A stretch of 64,000 nucleotides of DNA from the human T2T-CHM13v2.0 reference genome, Homo sapiens (GCF_009914755.1 NC_060928.1), one strand, 5' to 3'; counted from the first letter of the stretch, positions 25,523-39,273 are shown. Translations and numbers: made by a program. The notes: a model not told the origin generated them from the letters alone.

Positions 25523-26779
25523 CTTGGAAGGTGAATGTGAGTGAATGCAGAATTGTTGGGTGCCCCTTTCTTCCAATACCATGCCACCATTCTCTCTTTC
25601 TGTGGCTAAGAGGCTCTGTTTTCCTTTCATCTCTTTTCTCTCTCTCTCATGGTTTGAAATGGTCTTATCCCTTCCTTTATAACGTTAATAGTTTTCTATA
25701 GGCTGTGGCAATGTTACTATGTAAAATGAGCATTTGGCTCAGCCACCAAAGGTGGAAATCAGATCAGTTTTTCCTAGAGGTGCCATGTATGCCTCCACCT
25801 TGACAGCAGCAGGCACGCGTGGCTCAGGGCACCTCTTCTTACCCTTTTCCCTCCCAGCTTGGGCGCCTGGGCAAGCCCGCAGCAGGCAAAGGCCGAGCCC
25901 AACAGCCACGAGGTGGGTAGGAGAAAGCCGGAGCAGTAGCCAGGACCCTACAGGGTGCTTCTTGCCCCACACACCAATGGAAATTTTCCTCTCCTGTCCA
26001 AGGAATTCAACCTGGTCTGAACTGGGGGAAGGATGCAAAAGTTATAGGGAGTAGAGGGACCCACTTGCATTAAGCAAGGGGTTCTTTCCCCACCATCCCC
26101 CCACCTTTTTTGCCCCTTTAACTGTATTTTTTTTTTTCCTTTTCTAAGTGAGAGACCCTCTCCCCTCCCACTCTGTTTCTAATAGGGATGTTAACAGAGA
26201 AGCGACCCCTGCTGGCTGATAATTGCAAATTTGGCAGGGCTTGTTTGAGACACTAAATGGATACAAACAGCCTCTGAAGTGCCTTTTCAGTCTCAAACTC
26301 AATTCTAAGGTTCAGGCTGAGGCTCTAGAAAAACAAAACAAAACAAGCAAACAAAACAAAAACAAAAAAAAAAAAACAAAACAAAACAAAAAAAACGAGG
26401 TCTCAGGAATCCAAAGCCAGGCAACAGGTATAATGTAAATGGGCCGTACTAATTCCTGCCTACTAAACCCCCCACCCCACAGAAGGAGGCTATGCTTCAT
26501 GGCATAAACAGGCTCAGGGATCCCAAAGTTTGCTGACAGCAGGGAGAAATGGAGGCATAGGTGAGGGAAGTTAATTCCTATTCTCCAGGTTTTCCCTGCT
26601 TCATGGGTACATACCACATTGGTACCTACGCCCAGAAACTGCCAAGGTCGCCGGGGCTCTGGGACAAGAGGTGGAAAGTGAAGGGCAGACACTTACTTTC
26701 TCTCTCCATCACACCGTGAGTTTTTTGCTGAAAGAAGGAAGGGAAATGAGAGATGCCTCTATTTCCGGTCTTTCAGAGT

Positions 26780-28060
26780 TTGCAACCAGTTCTCTTCACC
26801 ACCCCCAGCTTATACTCCTCTGGAGTATATCCTGAACTTTTGACCCTCAAAATCTGGAGGAAAAGTGCCTCACAGCCCTCTGCACAAAGGTTTGGCCAAA
26901 TTATGATTTACAGGAAGGACTGGCTTGGCCTCAGGAAGGGATCATTCATTTCAATATCATCTGACAATTGGAAAATTTTTGTAGATGTGAGGACAGATGG
27001 TCTGAGGCCCCATATTTATAGGCTTTCTATACCTTGCAAGGCAATCCAGAGCTTTGCCGACAATGTAGGATTGATCCAGCTCTCCTGTTTGCCATCTCAG
27101 GGAGGGGACAATAGGCAGGCCCAGGGAATTAAAGATATGAGTCCCAGAAGCACTCCCAGCAGTTGAGCCCGTTCCCTCAAACCCTGTTCCTCCAGGTCCA
27201 CCCCCACCTCCCTATCCTGCTTCAGTCTCTCACTTGCCCCCTCCTAGAAATCCTCACTGTAAACAAGCTCCAGTCTCACTCTTACCCCTCCAACGGATGC
27301 CCAGTGAATTTGGGCCCAGTAAGGTCAGAGGTCCCCTTCTCCCTATGGGTCTTAAAGCAAATTAAGGGGGATCTTGGCAAGTTTTCAGATGACCCTGATA
27401 GATATATAGAGGTTTTCCAGAACTTCACACAAATTTTTGAACTCTCCTGGAGAAATGTTATGTTAATTTTAGATGAGACCCTGATGGACACTGAGAAACA
27501 GGCCATTCTGCAAGCAGCAGAGACATTTGGGGATGAGCTTTGCATCACAGGTAGCATCAGGGAAGGGGGCGAATATTTTCCAACTGGAAGAGAAGCAATA
27601 CCGGTGAATGACCCTAAATGGGATCCCAGTGATGAGATGGAAGATTGGAAAAAGAGACATTTTGGGGTGTGCATAATGGAAGGCTTATGTAGAACTAAGA
27701 CCAAGCCTCTGAATTATATTAAGTTGTTCATGCTCAACCAGGGATTTGGTGAAAATCCCACTGCCTTCCTCGAAAGGCTAAGAGAGACCTTGGTAAAGCA
27801 CACTTCTCTATCTCCTGATTCAGTCAAGAAACAGCTAATCCTAAAGGATAAATTTATTACTCAGGCAGCTCCTCATATCAGGTGGAGGTTGCAGAAATGG
27901 GCCCTGGGACCACATAGTACATTAGAGGACCTCCTGAAAGTGGCTACCTCGGTCTTTTATAATAAAGACAGGGAGGTCTAAGAAAGAGGAAGTACAGGAA
28001 AGAGGCAAAAGCTTTAATTGTCACTATGCAAGCCTGCAAACCCCAGAGTTCCCAGAGTGC
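26780..28060 (+). pseudogene. gag: ERV gag remnant (MA, proline-rich, CA); NC zinc knuckle missing
   Basis: ORF 27163-27981 contains VPFSLWVLKQIKGDLGKFSDDPDRYIE, MHR QGFGENPTAFLERLRE and LKDKFITQAAP. The upstream MA-like segment is frameshifted. Confidence 0.85.
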
Positions 28061-28490
28061 ACAAAGATATGGCAAGAACAGTTATCACTCTTCTAAAAGT
28101 TGATCTGCTCCCATACAAGGTTTAATTTATTTCACTAGGATGAAACAGCTCAGGGTACAATGTTGTCGTCAGTATATTTTACTTCCGGTCTCTGAAATCT
28201 TTGACACTGAATTCTTTCCTTGTATAATACACAGGTTTAACCCATGCATACTTAACCTTAAAAACCTCGTTTTTTTCTCTTGCGCGTAGAAGCCATCAAA
28301 CTCCAAATGGTCAGGCAACCAGAGCCTCAGGCGTTGGCTCCTTTTTGCTAGGAACCCTTAGATAGACCTCTGGGGGAATCTAACTGCTGTTTTCCCAAAA
28401 AAAAATGCTCCCTGTCAGCAGGAAGCAGCTAAGACCAGTCATCATCCATATTCTAATGGCAGTTAGATGTACGTCTTCAGAGGGGGGAAA

Positions 28491-29318
28491 TGATACAGAA
28501 AGGAAGTGCTGGGAAGGGCATAGTCACTTTAAATGATACGGAAGCAGGAAGGGAAGTGCTGGGTAGAGGAGGCTGTGGTCCCTGGCTAGGGCTCCACCCC
28601 CAGGCGTGTGCCCACTGACCTAGGTGAGGACAGGCATTTTTGTTTTCCTGCCCAAATGTTGCATTTCCCAAGGCCACACCCCAATCCTGTGCCTATAAAA
28701 TACCTCAAGACCATAGCAGGCAGACACAGGCGGCTGAACTTCCAGAGCTCGTCAGCGGAGGAACACACAGACGGCTGGATGTTGAGAGCAGCACACCTAC
28801 AGGCACCAGCACAGGGCAGGCCACCGACCAGCAAAACACTGTGGAGTCTGGCTGGGGCAGTCGGAGGAAAGCCTGGGCCACTAAGCAGCCTGACTCCTGG
28901 GGAAAACCTTCCCACTCCATCCCCCTTTTGGTTTCCCCCAATCTGCTGAGCGCTACCTCCACTCAATAAAACCTTGCACTCATTCTCCAAGCCCAGGTGT
29001 TATCCCATTCTTCCAGGACACCAAGGCAAGACCCTGGGATACAGAAAGCCCCCTGTCCTTGTTACAAGGTAGACGGTCTAATTGAGCTGGTTAACATAAA
29101 CCGCCTATGGTTGGCTAAACTAAAAAGCACCCTGTAACACAGGCCCACTGGGGCTTCAGCTGTAAACATTCACCCCTAGACACTGCCATGGGGTCGGAGC
29201 CCCACAGCCTGCCCATCTGTATGCTCCTCTAGAGGTTTGAGCAGCAGGGCACTGAAGAAGTGAGTTATACCCCCATTGCACACCCTGTGAGAAAGACAAG
29301 GAAGCTTTTCCGGTTTCA
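28491..29318 (+). promoter_or_regulatory. 3' LTR (LTR1 family)
   Basis: TATAAAA at 28694-28700 and AATAAA at 28965-28970; follows the PPT. Confidence 0.8.
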
Positions 29319-30721
29319 ACAGTGCTGGTGGGAGTGTAGCAGTGAGAACAACCAGAGGTCACTCTCGTGGCCATCTTGCTTTTGTTGGGTTTTGGCTGGC
29401 TTCTTTACTGCAACCTGTTTTATCAACAAGGTCTTTATGACCTGTATCTTGTGCTGACCTCCTATCTCAGCCTGTGACTTAGAATGCCTTAACCATCTAG
29501 GAATGCAGCCTAGTAGGTTTCAGCCTCATTTTACCCAGCTCCTATTCAAGATGGAGTTGTTCTAGTTCACATGCCTCTGACACTATGACTCAAACAAGGC
29601 ATTATTTCTAAATGCCCGCTTCCTTTGCTCAATACAACAAAAATATTGGATGCAGAGTATGTGCCTTAACACTCTGTTTGGTCCTTGTAATATAATAATA
29701 CACAACAAATAATTCTGGCTTCTAGAAACTCATAATCCAAAGCACAAGTATTAATTTTAGAAGTTATTGTGTATTAGTCTGTCAGTAGTTTCAAGATTTA
29801 CAACAGTACGGAGAAAATTCAGGTAAAACTTTATACCAGAAGAGGTGCTAAGTTAATGTTTCTTCTATTAAAGTAGATATATAAGCTTCTGACTTAGTTT
29901 TTTAAACATAAATATTGGCATCTTCCTCAATGTGATTTAAAGTTATGCTCAAGGGGAATTTGCCTCATCTCCTATCTTGTACGCCTCATGCTCAGGTAGA
30001 GTATTGTGAGTGAGAAATCATTCATTGAGAATGTGAGTTTGTAGAATAAAAACCCATGAGATACTAGTGTGCTTTGCAACATTTGAAAATGAATTCCAAA
30101 CCTTTTGAATACACAAGATGCAAAATAAACCCTTTAATGATTCATGCTTTACATTTTAAAGAATCTCTCATGGTTTTCAAAGCAATCAGACACATACAGA
30201 ATCTCAAAAGTAGTTTTGCATTTTTTAGATCATAAAAAGAATGTAGGCAGTTGGAAATGAATAGTACATAAAGCCTGAAAGATGATAATAATGAAAGCTA
30301 TTAATATGCAGATTCAATTCAAAATGACAATTTATTTTTTAACCAAATGAGAGCCCTTTTGCTTCTCAAATGTTAATTGCTCTTATTTTGGTGCCCAGTT
30401 CACTTTATGGAAATATATAAGCTACAGGGAACAGTACTATATCCACAGATAATACTTGGAGATACAAAAGCTTAATATGTTGTACTACCATCAATACAAA
30501 CTTACATTAATATTATCTATATTATAAAGTAAAAATTAATCATATATATCACAGTTGCCCATTTTTAAGTAAAATTTAACAAATACTTATGTTTTCTAAG
30601 AGTAACAGAATAGTATTTAAACATACTAAAAATAAAATCGTATTTCCTGGATCATTTATTTTAACTGGTATATTCTAAGCTGTATTTTAATAAATCTTAA
30701 GTTCAGGATATCATTGATTAA

Positions 30722-31090
30722 GCACCGGAAATATCACAGACTGGATAATTTATAAAGAAAAGAAGTTGATTTGGTTCACAATTCTGGAGCTGAGAAGTCC
30801 AAGTACGTGGCACTAGCATCTGGCAAGAGCCTTCATGCTGTGCTATTCCACGGCAAAGGGTGAAAGGACAAAAGAAAGAGAGAGCGAAAGAGCATGAGAG
30901 GGCCACACTCACTTTTGTAACAACCCACTGTCTCGACAATAAACCCATTCCCTCAATGACATGATTAATCTATTTAGAAGAGAGGAGTCCTTGTTGCCTA
31001 ATCACCTGTTTATGTTCCCACTTTTTAAAAGTATCAAAATGAAAAGTAAGTTTTAACATGAATTTTGGAGGGAATATTCAAACCATAGCA
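30722..31090 (-). mobile_element. MST-type MaLR LTR (partial)
   Basis: cacagactggataatttataaagaaaagaag...ttcacaattctggag...aaaccatagca terminus. Confidence 0.8.
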
Positions 31091-32912
31091 AGCATCTTAC
31101 CAGACTATTGTCTAATCAAATAATAAAGCTAATTTTGTTCTTTTTTATCTCTCCATTTTGTACTCATTGAAGACAGACACGTTTAAAAAATTAGTGAAAT
31201 GAGAGGAAAATACTATGTGACAGCATCAATTACTGAGAAATCTGGTGTAATTTTCTGGTTCGCAAGGAATAAGAATTCAGAGAATGTTCACTCTATCCAA
31301 AATCTTTATATTTGTGGAAATGCTATTCATGAGAACCAAGAGCTACCTGATAAAGGAAATGTAAATCATATGCATTAGTCATTCTCTAGTGAAACCGGAC
31401 CTGTTAGGCCCTATTATTGCAGATAGTGTTGCTTTTCTTGTCTGCCCCAAACTCTGGGCGCCAAGATTTTGATTTCTTAAATTGATTAGTTCCTCTAGAT
31501 TTAAATATTTATCTAAGAAGCTGCAGTTAACTCATATTTTTAACATGACAATTAGATTAGTCCTAAAGGAGATAATTTGATTTACATATGTCTATATTTT
31601 CATATGTATAAATGTGGAAATGATAGATACGTAAACAGGCATACATTATGCATATAACCAACACACACGGTATAAAGTTTATATATATATATATATGCAT
31701 ATATATCTTTTCAATCTGAAAATAATATATAGGCAAAATTACAATGTAGTTGTAAGTTTTAGCGCCAAATGTTTCTCATTCGATTACTGACAAATCTCTC
31801 ACACAAGAACAGCCAGGATCATATATTCTTTTTGTTATGGGCTGAGTTTTTCTACTGTCTTAAGACTTCTTCTACATCATCTGCTTTTAGATTTCTGTTT
31901 ACATTGCAAGCTTATTTCCTACTTAAGTCTTCACCAGCCTTCCATGTTCTTTTGGTAAATGTGTGGTTTGTTGAACACCTTTCTCTGTGAATGAGCCAGA
32001 CACAATGCATGGATGAGCATCTGGCAGTTAGGTTTGTACTACACTCTTCCTAATCTAATTGAATGGGTACTTGACTGAAGTAGGGCTGATCATATCCCCT
32101 CTTCTAATAATTTGTAATTAGGACAGAGAAAGGACCAGCCTCTCTGCGTGATGAAATTCTGAAATGATAGACAGCTATTATTTCGTGATGGAGAAAAAGG
32201 AAAAGTTGTCTGTGAAAATAGGAAGGTAATAATGAGTCAGATGCCCTGAAGCTCTAGTGGCTCTTGAGATGAGGCTCCCCTTGTCTTGCTCTTGGCTTCA
32301 TGAATCACTTGTGAATCCTCTTTATAAGTGACTAGATGTATTTTTCTACCTCACCTGAGTGAGGTTTTTACACTTTAAACTTAAAGCATCTTACTGATAT
32401 AGTCAAAGAACTCTAGTATTGCATTCTCACATTTTCTATTTGAAACTGTTCAAATTGTATCCTTTAAAGTATGCATTTCTAGAGCTTTAGCTATTTCAGC
32501 TTCAGAGTGATGCCTCTCTGCAGATTCATGATATTTTAGAAAATAAATTTTTCTGAAAAGGTGTCTGTTAAAATACGCCTGTTTTTATGTATTATTCCTA
32601 TGGGATGGATTGTGTAGATTTTCTTGACTTTTAGAAATGTCTTCTTGGCTGAGTACTACCTGTAAGAGTGGCATTTCTGTAATAAAAAGACATTTACACT
32701 CTGCCTACTTTGTTGCAATCATTAACAAATTTTATTCCTTTAAGCAATTCCTATATATATTAAAAACTATGCATTTATCATCTGTTGAAGTTTAAAAATT
32801 TGGTTTTCCAGAATAACATATTGACTCGACATTTACCAACAGAATTTTTTAAACTATATGCGTTTACACTTCCACATTAATATTCTAGTAAGTCCCTCAA
32901 AATAACAATATC

Positions 32913-33461
32913 CTAAAGAGTAGCAGAATATGCCACCCCAAAATATGACACCATAATATAAGAATTTTTTTGAGCTAAAGATACTTGAAAAACACCAGGT
33001 ACAAGAAAGGGACTCCAACCTCCCCCTTTTCTTCCTGAAAACAGTAAATAAATCCCTCTAAGGAAGATGTCCTTTGTATGCCAGGAGGGAAGTAACATTC
33101 TTATCACCAGGGATGGCTAGTTGAGACTGAGATAAGTCTGTACAAACAAACCTTGTTAACTCACTTTTATCTTCTTAGTCACTTCTCCATGATTAATTAC
33201 CCTGCCCAAGCCCCCTTGCCTTGTCATGTTTTCACAGTGTATAACTGTTTGTCCAATTCAGTATATAAATGTTTGATTCTAACTGCTATTTGGGATCTTC
33301 CACTTCAATATGAAGCTTTTGTGTCATGTAAAATTTTTATTAAATAAATGTGTATACTTTTCTCCATACTTTTCTCCTGTTAATCTGCCTTTTGTCAATT
33401 TAATTCTTAGACCTAGTCCGAAATTCTAAGAGTGTAGAGGTCAGATTTTGCCTCTCCTAGC
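32913..33461 (+). mobile_element. ERV1 solo LTR, MER34-like
   Basis: gcagaatatgccaccccaaaatatg start motif, tataaa at about 33264, and aataaa followed by ttttctcctgttaatctgcc. Family from recollection. Confidence 0.6.
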
Positions 33462-33469
33462 CCCATAAC

Positions 33470-33960
33470 CAAAATCCTTATTTTACCACTAAATTGAATT
33501 TAACTTAAAATACCCCATCACAATAAATCTCAAGTCTTTTCTTTCCATCATTCAATCCAGAAAACTGGAATTCTTCATTGACTTCTCACTTTTTTATACC
33601 ATATATATATAATCTGTGATCATATATAGAAAGCTATTTTCAGAATCTGAACTGTTCTTCCTATCTTCACTGCCAGCCCCTGGTCCAAATCACCATCACT
33701 TGCAAAGAATTTCTTTTTGAAATAACTTCCTAACTGCATGGTCTTCCTGCTTTTGTTTTTGCACTCCTTTGATCAGTTGTTCCCCAGTAGCCAGAGTGTC
33801 CTGATAAAACACGGTCAGAGCATAGTCTTCCCCTGCTTAAAATCCTCTAGGAGCTTCCAATCTCAATCAAAATAAAAACCAAAGATTTAACAATGATCTA
33901 CAAGGCCCTACATCATCTGTAAAGTTTTTACTACAGTGTGTCTGACACAAAATAAGCATA
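33470..33960 (+). mobile_element. L2 LINE fragment (approximate)
   Basis: ccaaatcaccatcacttgc, cctaactg..gtcttcctgc, cccctgcttaaaatcctct and ctacaaggccctaca motifs. Confidence 0.65.
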
Positions 33961-35388
33961 TCATCTATGGCAGTTGATACTACTTTTATCATTATTTTTA
34001 GTTCTATCTAAGGAAATATAGACACAAGAAGAAGTACTAGAGTCCTCACTCAAATTCTGTTTTTTACTTCAAAGATAAAAAAGTCTGTTTCTATTTACAA
34101 AAAAAAGATAACTGAAATTGACAAAATAAAAATAAACAAATGATGAAATAAACAAAGTGCAAGAAAATTTGGTAAAATATAAATATACATTTTAAAAAGA
34201 GTAATGTATTTTGTAAATTTCCCAACAGAAATTGGAAAAGAAAAATCATGTGTAGGAATCACTATAGATCAGGAAAGTTCTATGAATTCGTGAATGTCAG
34301 AGAAATTTAAGATGACTCTAAATCGGATCATAAACAAAAACAATTAAAATTTATCAGTAAACAGAGGCTATTGCTTGTAACCAAGTTCTTCCTGCCTGTT
34401 GAATTGAGTGTAAACACCAAATTCTTTAGAATCCGAGAAGTTTTAATATTAAAAACAGAAATTTGTAGCAGCTAGTTATTTCACAGGGGAGAAGGTATAA
34501 GGGAGGATTCTACTACTTTCTGTAACTGTTTGTTAATTCATAATTATATATTTCTATTATCTTCTTTACATTCATAGTTATTGGTTTGGGGGAATTCCAA
34601 AATGTGAGTTGTGGGCAGTCCCAGAATTGATGAATAATACTTGACACATTAGAGTAATTAAGGCCGAGACATTTTGAATTAAGTGTGTATGTGGTGTCCA
34701 CATTAACTCATTAGATAATTTTTTGATTTAGACATAGAAACCAAGGCTCAGTAATATTGCCACATTTCCATGCCTGTGAATTAGCCTAGATAGGAGTTGA
34801 AGTCAGGCCTATCTGAATCCAAAGCTGGTTTTTAACCACTATGTATAAAAACTTCCCTCATAAGATATTGAATTAATCTGTATGAGAACATCAGTTTTCA
34901 AAATCTTAGAAGTATTTTTAAATTGAATCACAGACATTGTGACATTCTATATCTAAAAATAAAAACATTTTCATGCATGGACAAAATATCATTAACATAT
35001 CTAAAATAATTAGAATTTTACAGATCATGTAATATTATCTAAATTTATCTTAGGGTTTGGGGAGATTTGTTTGCTCTATATTTTTTAAGTGGCTGGTGTT
35101 TCTTATTGGGTGCCTCCACTTACAGGTTTGTTAGTGTATTCTTTGCATGCCTTCTATGTCACCTTCTAATACTTCTCATTTCTCTATTTCTTTTAAAGTT
35201 TCATCTCTTTTCTTACTTTTATCCTCAATGTTTGTTTTTTTCTCCCTTTTGCTACTCTTAGTCTTAATTTCTGAAATGATGTTTAAACTTCAACTTATTT
35301 CTCTTATTTTGTCAGTTTGTACAACATATTCTCTCCTCGTCTTTGGCTTTCTGCCTGCCTGTGTGCCAATGTGTATTTCTCTTTTGCT

Positions 35389-35390
<2 letters not shown>

Positions 35391-35419
<29 letters not shown>

Positions 35420-35715
35420 GGACACAGGGTTTGGCTCTGTCACCCAGGCTGGAGTGCAGAGGCACCATCTCAGCTCACTGCAACCTCCACCTCCCAAGTT
35501 GAAGCAATTCTCGTGTCTCATCCTCCCGCCCGAGTACCGAGTACCTGGGATTATAGGAATGTGCCACCAAGCCCAGCTAATTTTTTTTGTAGTTTTAGTA
35601 GAGATGGGGTTTCTCTATGTTGGTCATGCTTGTCTCAAACTCCTGACCTCAAGTGATCTGCCCGCTCTGCCTCCCAATGTGCTGGGATTACAGGTGTGAG
35701 CCACCGTGCCGGGCC
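35391..35715 (-). mobile_element. AluS-like element
   Basis: T29 tail, full reverse body with a small internal ccgagta duplication; TSD-like gtgtatttc (35371) / gtatatttc (35716). Confidence 0.95.
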
Positions 35716-37566
35716 GTATATTTCATTATGATCTTATTTCATTGATACCGCTTAGTCTTTCCTTTTTATTCATATTTAAATGAATGGAATTTTCCCGGTC
35801 CAGCTCTAAGTAGAATGATCTGATAGGGAAAGTGAAATGGTGTAACAAGTATTTGCTGGTTTCTCAACTCAAATGCTCTCCCTTCTTTTGCAACAGAGTT
35901 GAGTGTCTGTTTACAATACAATGCTGCTTCCTCAGTTCGCTTGGCACTACCCATGCCATCTTTCCTTTACCCCAGGACATGACCCTGGGGTATATCTGGA
36001 ATATCTATTTCCAGAAATCACAGTAGTTTCCACATAAGGCAAAGCCTCCTACCTTTTGGGGTGAATGTTTTTGGTTGTTTGCTCCTACTGTTGTTTTCCT
36101 TGGGTTCAACCATGCCTCTGACCTCTTGGCTTTTCTATTCTTATCTGCACCTGACATAGTCCTATGAACACTGTGTTCTTATTATGTGTATGTTTTATCC
36201 TGTACAGGTTGTTTGAGCTTGATAGATTTCTCTGTCCTCAGGTTTTACTTAAAGTGTAAAATATGGCAGATTTTGATCATCCTTCTAATTGCTTTGAATG
36301 GTTTTTAAATAAGGACAATTGGGAAGACTTTGTTTTATGTTTTGGCTATGCTTCCATAATTGGTGATTTGTTTTTGTAGGCAGAATGAGCGAAGTGCAAA
36401 AAGATGTCCGGAATCCATAAACTGAAAATACAGCAAAGGTCTTTTGGAATTGTATTTCATTTAATTCATGTATTGTTTTATTCCTTAACTTTTTTGACAT
36501 TTATTTGGGGCTTGTTGTGTGAGATTCCTTTTATTTTCCTGTTATCTTTACTCGTATTAATTCACCTGATCCTCAAAACAGTTAAGGATATCAATACTAC
36601 TGTTCATTCTTATTTTAGAGATAAGAATACTTGGTCACAACTAGCTCAGTTAGTTGCGCGATATCACCTAACTTGTAAATAGCAAAATCTACACCCAATA
36701 AATCTGACTACAGACAAGGCATATCAGTTAGTATATACAGAGTCAAGATAACATGAGAAGAAAAGAATATGGTTTTCTGATGAATAGCATTAATTTTTAT
36801 ATAAACTAGGTAATAAATTTTAAAAGGTATTCATACTTAGCAGGATATTTTAGAGTTTAATGTTTCAAAGACTTGGAAAGATTCTTAAGGACCTTACATA
36901 ATGTATCCTCTTAGTTCACATATTTTTTTAAGTAACTCATTTTGATAGCATTCTTTAATCATACTAAAAAGTAACACAATTGTGATGAGTTCAGAAAGAA
37001 AATTTTCTAATATTGAATTCAACACCCTAGACTTCGTAGTAACAACTCTTTTTTTCTCCCATAATATGGGAAATCATCAATGTCATTTATATACATATTT
37101 AATGTAAGGAATAGAAAATGTTGTCTTATATCATTCTAATAGAATGTATACCCTGTGGATTTCAATGTATTGAAGTCTCTGTAGTATCTTTGAGCTATTT
37201 AACTCTAATATAGTTTTTATTTTTTATTAACCTGATCTAATTACTCTTCTGTAGCTTTTCTGGAAAACATTCAGATTTGAAATGTATATTTTCATGGCGA
37301 GTAAAACTATACTATATAGGCATGTTTTATTTTATTTCCAATTATAAGTAAAATGAAAATTTTATTTTTGCAATTAATATATTCTCATGCAAGTTTAACT
37401 CTTTTTATCACATTGGAGATTTAGCACCAATAAAGTAGCTGAGTGAGAAAGTGCTACTAAATATCATTAGTAAATCATCATTAATAAATAGTAATATAAT
37501 ATCATTAGAAAATATTTCAAAATATAGAAAGTAATCTTATGTAATGTTGCATGAAATATATTTCCA

Positions 37567-37848
37567 GGCCCAGCACGGTGGCTCACGCCTGTAATCCCAG
37601 TACTTTGGAAGGCAGAGGGAGGCAGATCACCTGAGGTCAGGAGTTCAAGACCATCCTGGCCAACATGGCAAAACCCCCTCTCTATTAAAAATAGAAAAAT
37701 TAGCCAGGCATGGTGACAAGCACCTGTAATCCCAGGTACTCAGGAGGCTGAGGCAGGAGAATTGCTTGAACCCAGTAGGCGGAGGTTTCAGTGAGCCAAG
37801 ATCATGCCACTACACTCCAGCCTGGGTGACAGAGTAAGACTTCACCTC

Positions 37849-37863
<15 letters not shown>
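37567..37863 (+). mobile_element. AluSx-like element
   Basis: Full dimer with gatcacctgaggtcagg and an A tail; TSD aaatatatttcca with a (TA)n expansion on the 3' side. Confidence 0.95.
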
Positions 37864-37879
<16 letters not shown>

Positions 37880-39273
37880 TAAATATTTCCATGAACTTAC
37901 TATTTTTATTAGTCTGTGATGTTCTACAGCATTATCAGCACAAGAGTTATTTAAGTAAATCTATATATGCTTCTGCCATGGAAATTCTCTCTTATAATGA
38001 AAATTTTAATATGATATTCAATAATTCAAAATAACTAGTTAGCATACATTACATTAGAATTAGAAACAAACAGGAATTTAATGATGCTTCAGATATTAAA
38101 TGATGATATATTTATGCCATTTTACTTATTTAGAAAGGGAGGCAAAGAAAGGTATCCTTGATATTATATCACAATAAAATAATGTTGTTGAATTATATTA
38201 TTCTGTTTGTAGAAGTCTATTCGTATGGAAAATCAAATATCTTAAAACAGCATTTATAATTGACATTTCTTCCTCTGTCATTTGGTTTAATGATCGCCAG
38301 GTATTTGATAATAAGTATAAAATCGAAGCTGATTTCTTTGATTTGCTCTGATGTTTTTAAGGCAGGAAATGCTTTCAAATCACTTTCTGTATGTTATCTG
38401 AGTGCAGGTAATGAATTCCTCAACTTGTCAGAATGCTAATTAAATGTGATAATAATTTATGTAACCTGCTGTGAAACTAAAGTGGCTAATGGCAATTACT
38501 TGGGTTTTCAACAATGAAGAGTCTGTTTTATGCACCTAATATAAGAAGTACACTATGTTTATTATCATATATTATTGTCATTTTCTTGAAATAATGCAAA
38601 GCTAATAGTTGACTTATCATTCCTTAAGAATGTATAGTTCCTTGTAAAATCAACACAATCTATTTCCAAAGAGAAGAAAATAATAATTTAAAAATAACTG
38701 GGAAAATATCACAGGATACTCATAACAATTTCTAGATTTTAAAAATTGGTCCATGACATTTTTCAGCTAAGAAAGACTCTGAATTAACAGATAAATTCTT
38801 GGCTTGCTATCTCAATGCAGCACAGCTGATGCACGAAGACAATTCCATGCTTTGAGAGAATTAATGGTGGAATGTTACATGACACTCAAATAGCTCCTTC
38901 TTTATGAAAAAGGAAACAATCTGGAAAGTAATATACCTAAGAAAGTCTATTGGAACCTTGGAACTTAGATATTTTTATAATCCTATTTCCTTTTTTATGG
39001 TGTTATTTTGCTTTAAAAAATCATCTTTATTCAAAAAGTGCAAACATTTTGATTAGTATAAACCAATGGAACTTTTCTCGTTTTCACAAATGTCACTGTT
39101 TATTTCAGGATTTAATTTAAAATGCTGTCATCAAACAGAACTCCCATATTATTTAAAAATACTAATTTCATTACCAAACATCAATGGTAATCAATGCTGT
39201 TACTCTCAAAGCTCAAAGCAGATGTTGACATAAAAATGCTTTTCATCACTGCCCCTTATTGGAGGTGTGCCAC

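Larger units (their letters stand above)
24670..29318 (+). mobile_element. Complete non-autonomous ERV1 provirus, LTR1 family / HUERS-P2-like
   Basis: 5' LTR 24670-25503 and 3' LTR 28491-29318 (TGATA...TTTCA, homologous), PBS-Pro-like sequence, PPT agaggggggaaa before 28491, and a ~3-kb interior with gag but no recognisable pro or pol. Confidence 0.85.
24375..29582 (-). mobile_element. MER41A solo LTR split into 24375-24669 and 29323-29582 by a nested ERV
   Basis: The two halves join seamlessly (aaactgtcatgg|tgctggtgggagtgtagc), have TG...CA termini, and are flanked by the 4-bp TSD CTAT (24371-24374, 29583-29586). The segment carrying GAS motifs in MER41B is absent. Confidence 0.88.

Noticed and set aside
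24886-28990. Two similar minus-strand ORFs beginning MENECKVLLSGGS
   Set aside because: The similarity comes from the two LTR copies of one provirus; no protein family motif.
35067-35699. Hydrophobic 118-169 aa ORFs resembling membrane proteins
   Set aside because: They run through T-rich low-complexity sequence and an antisense Alu (poly-F, typical Alu peptides).
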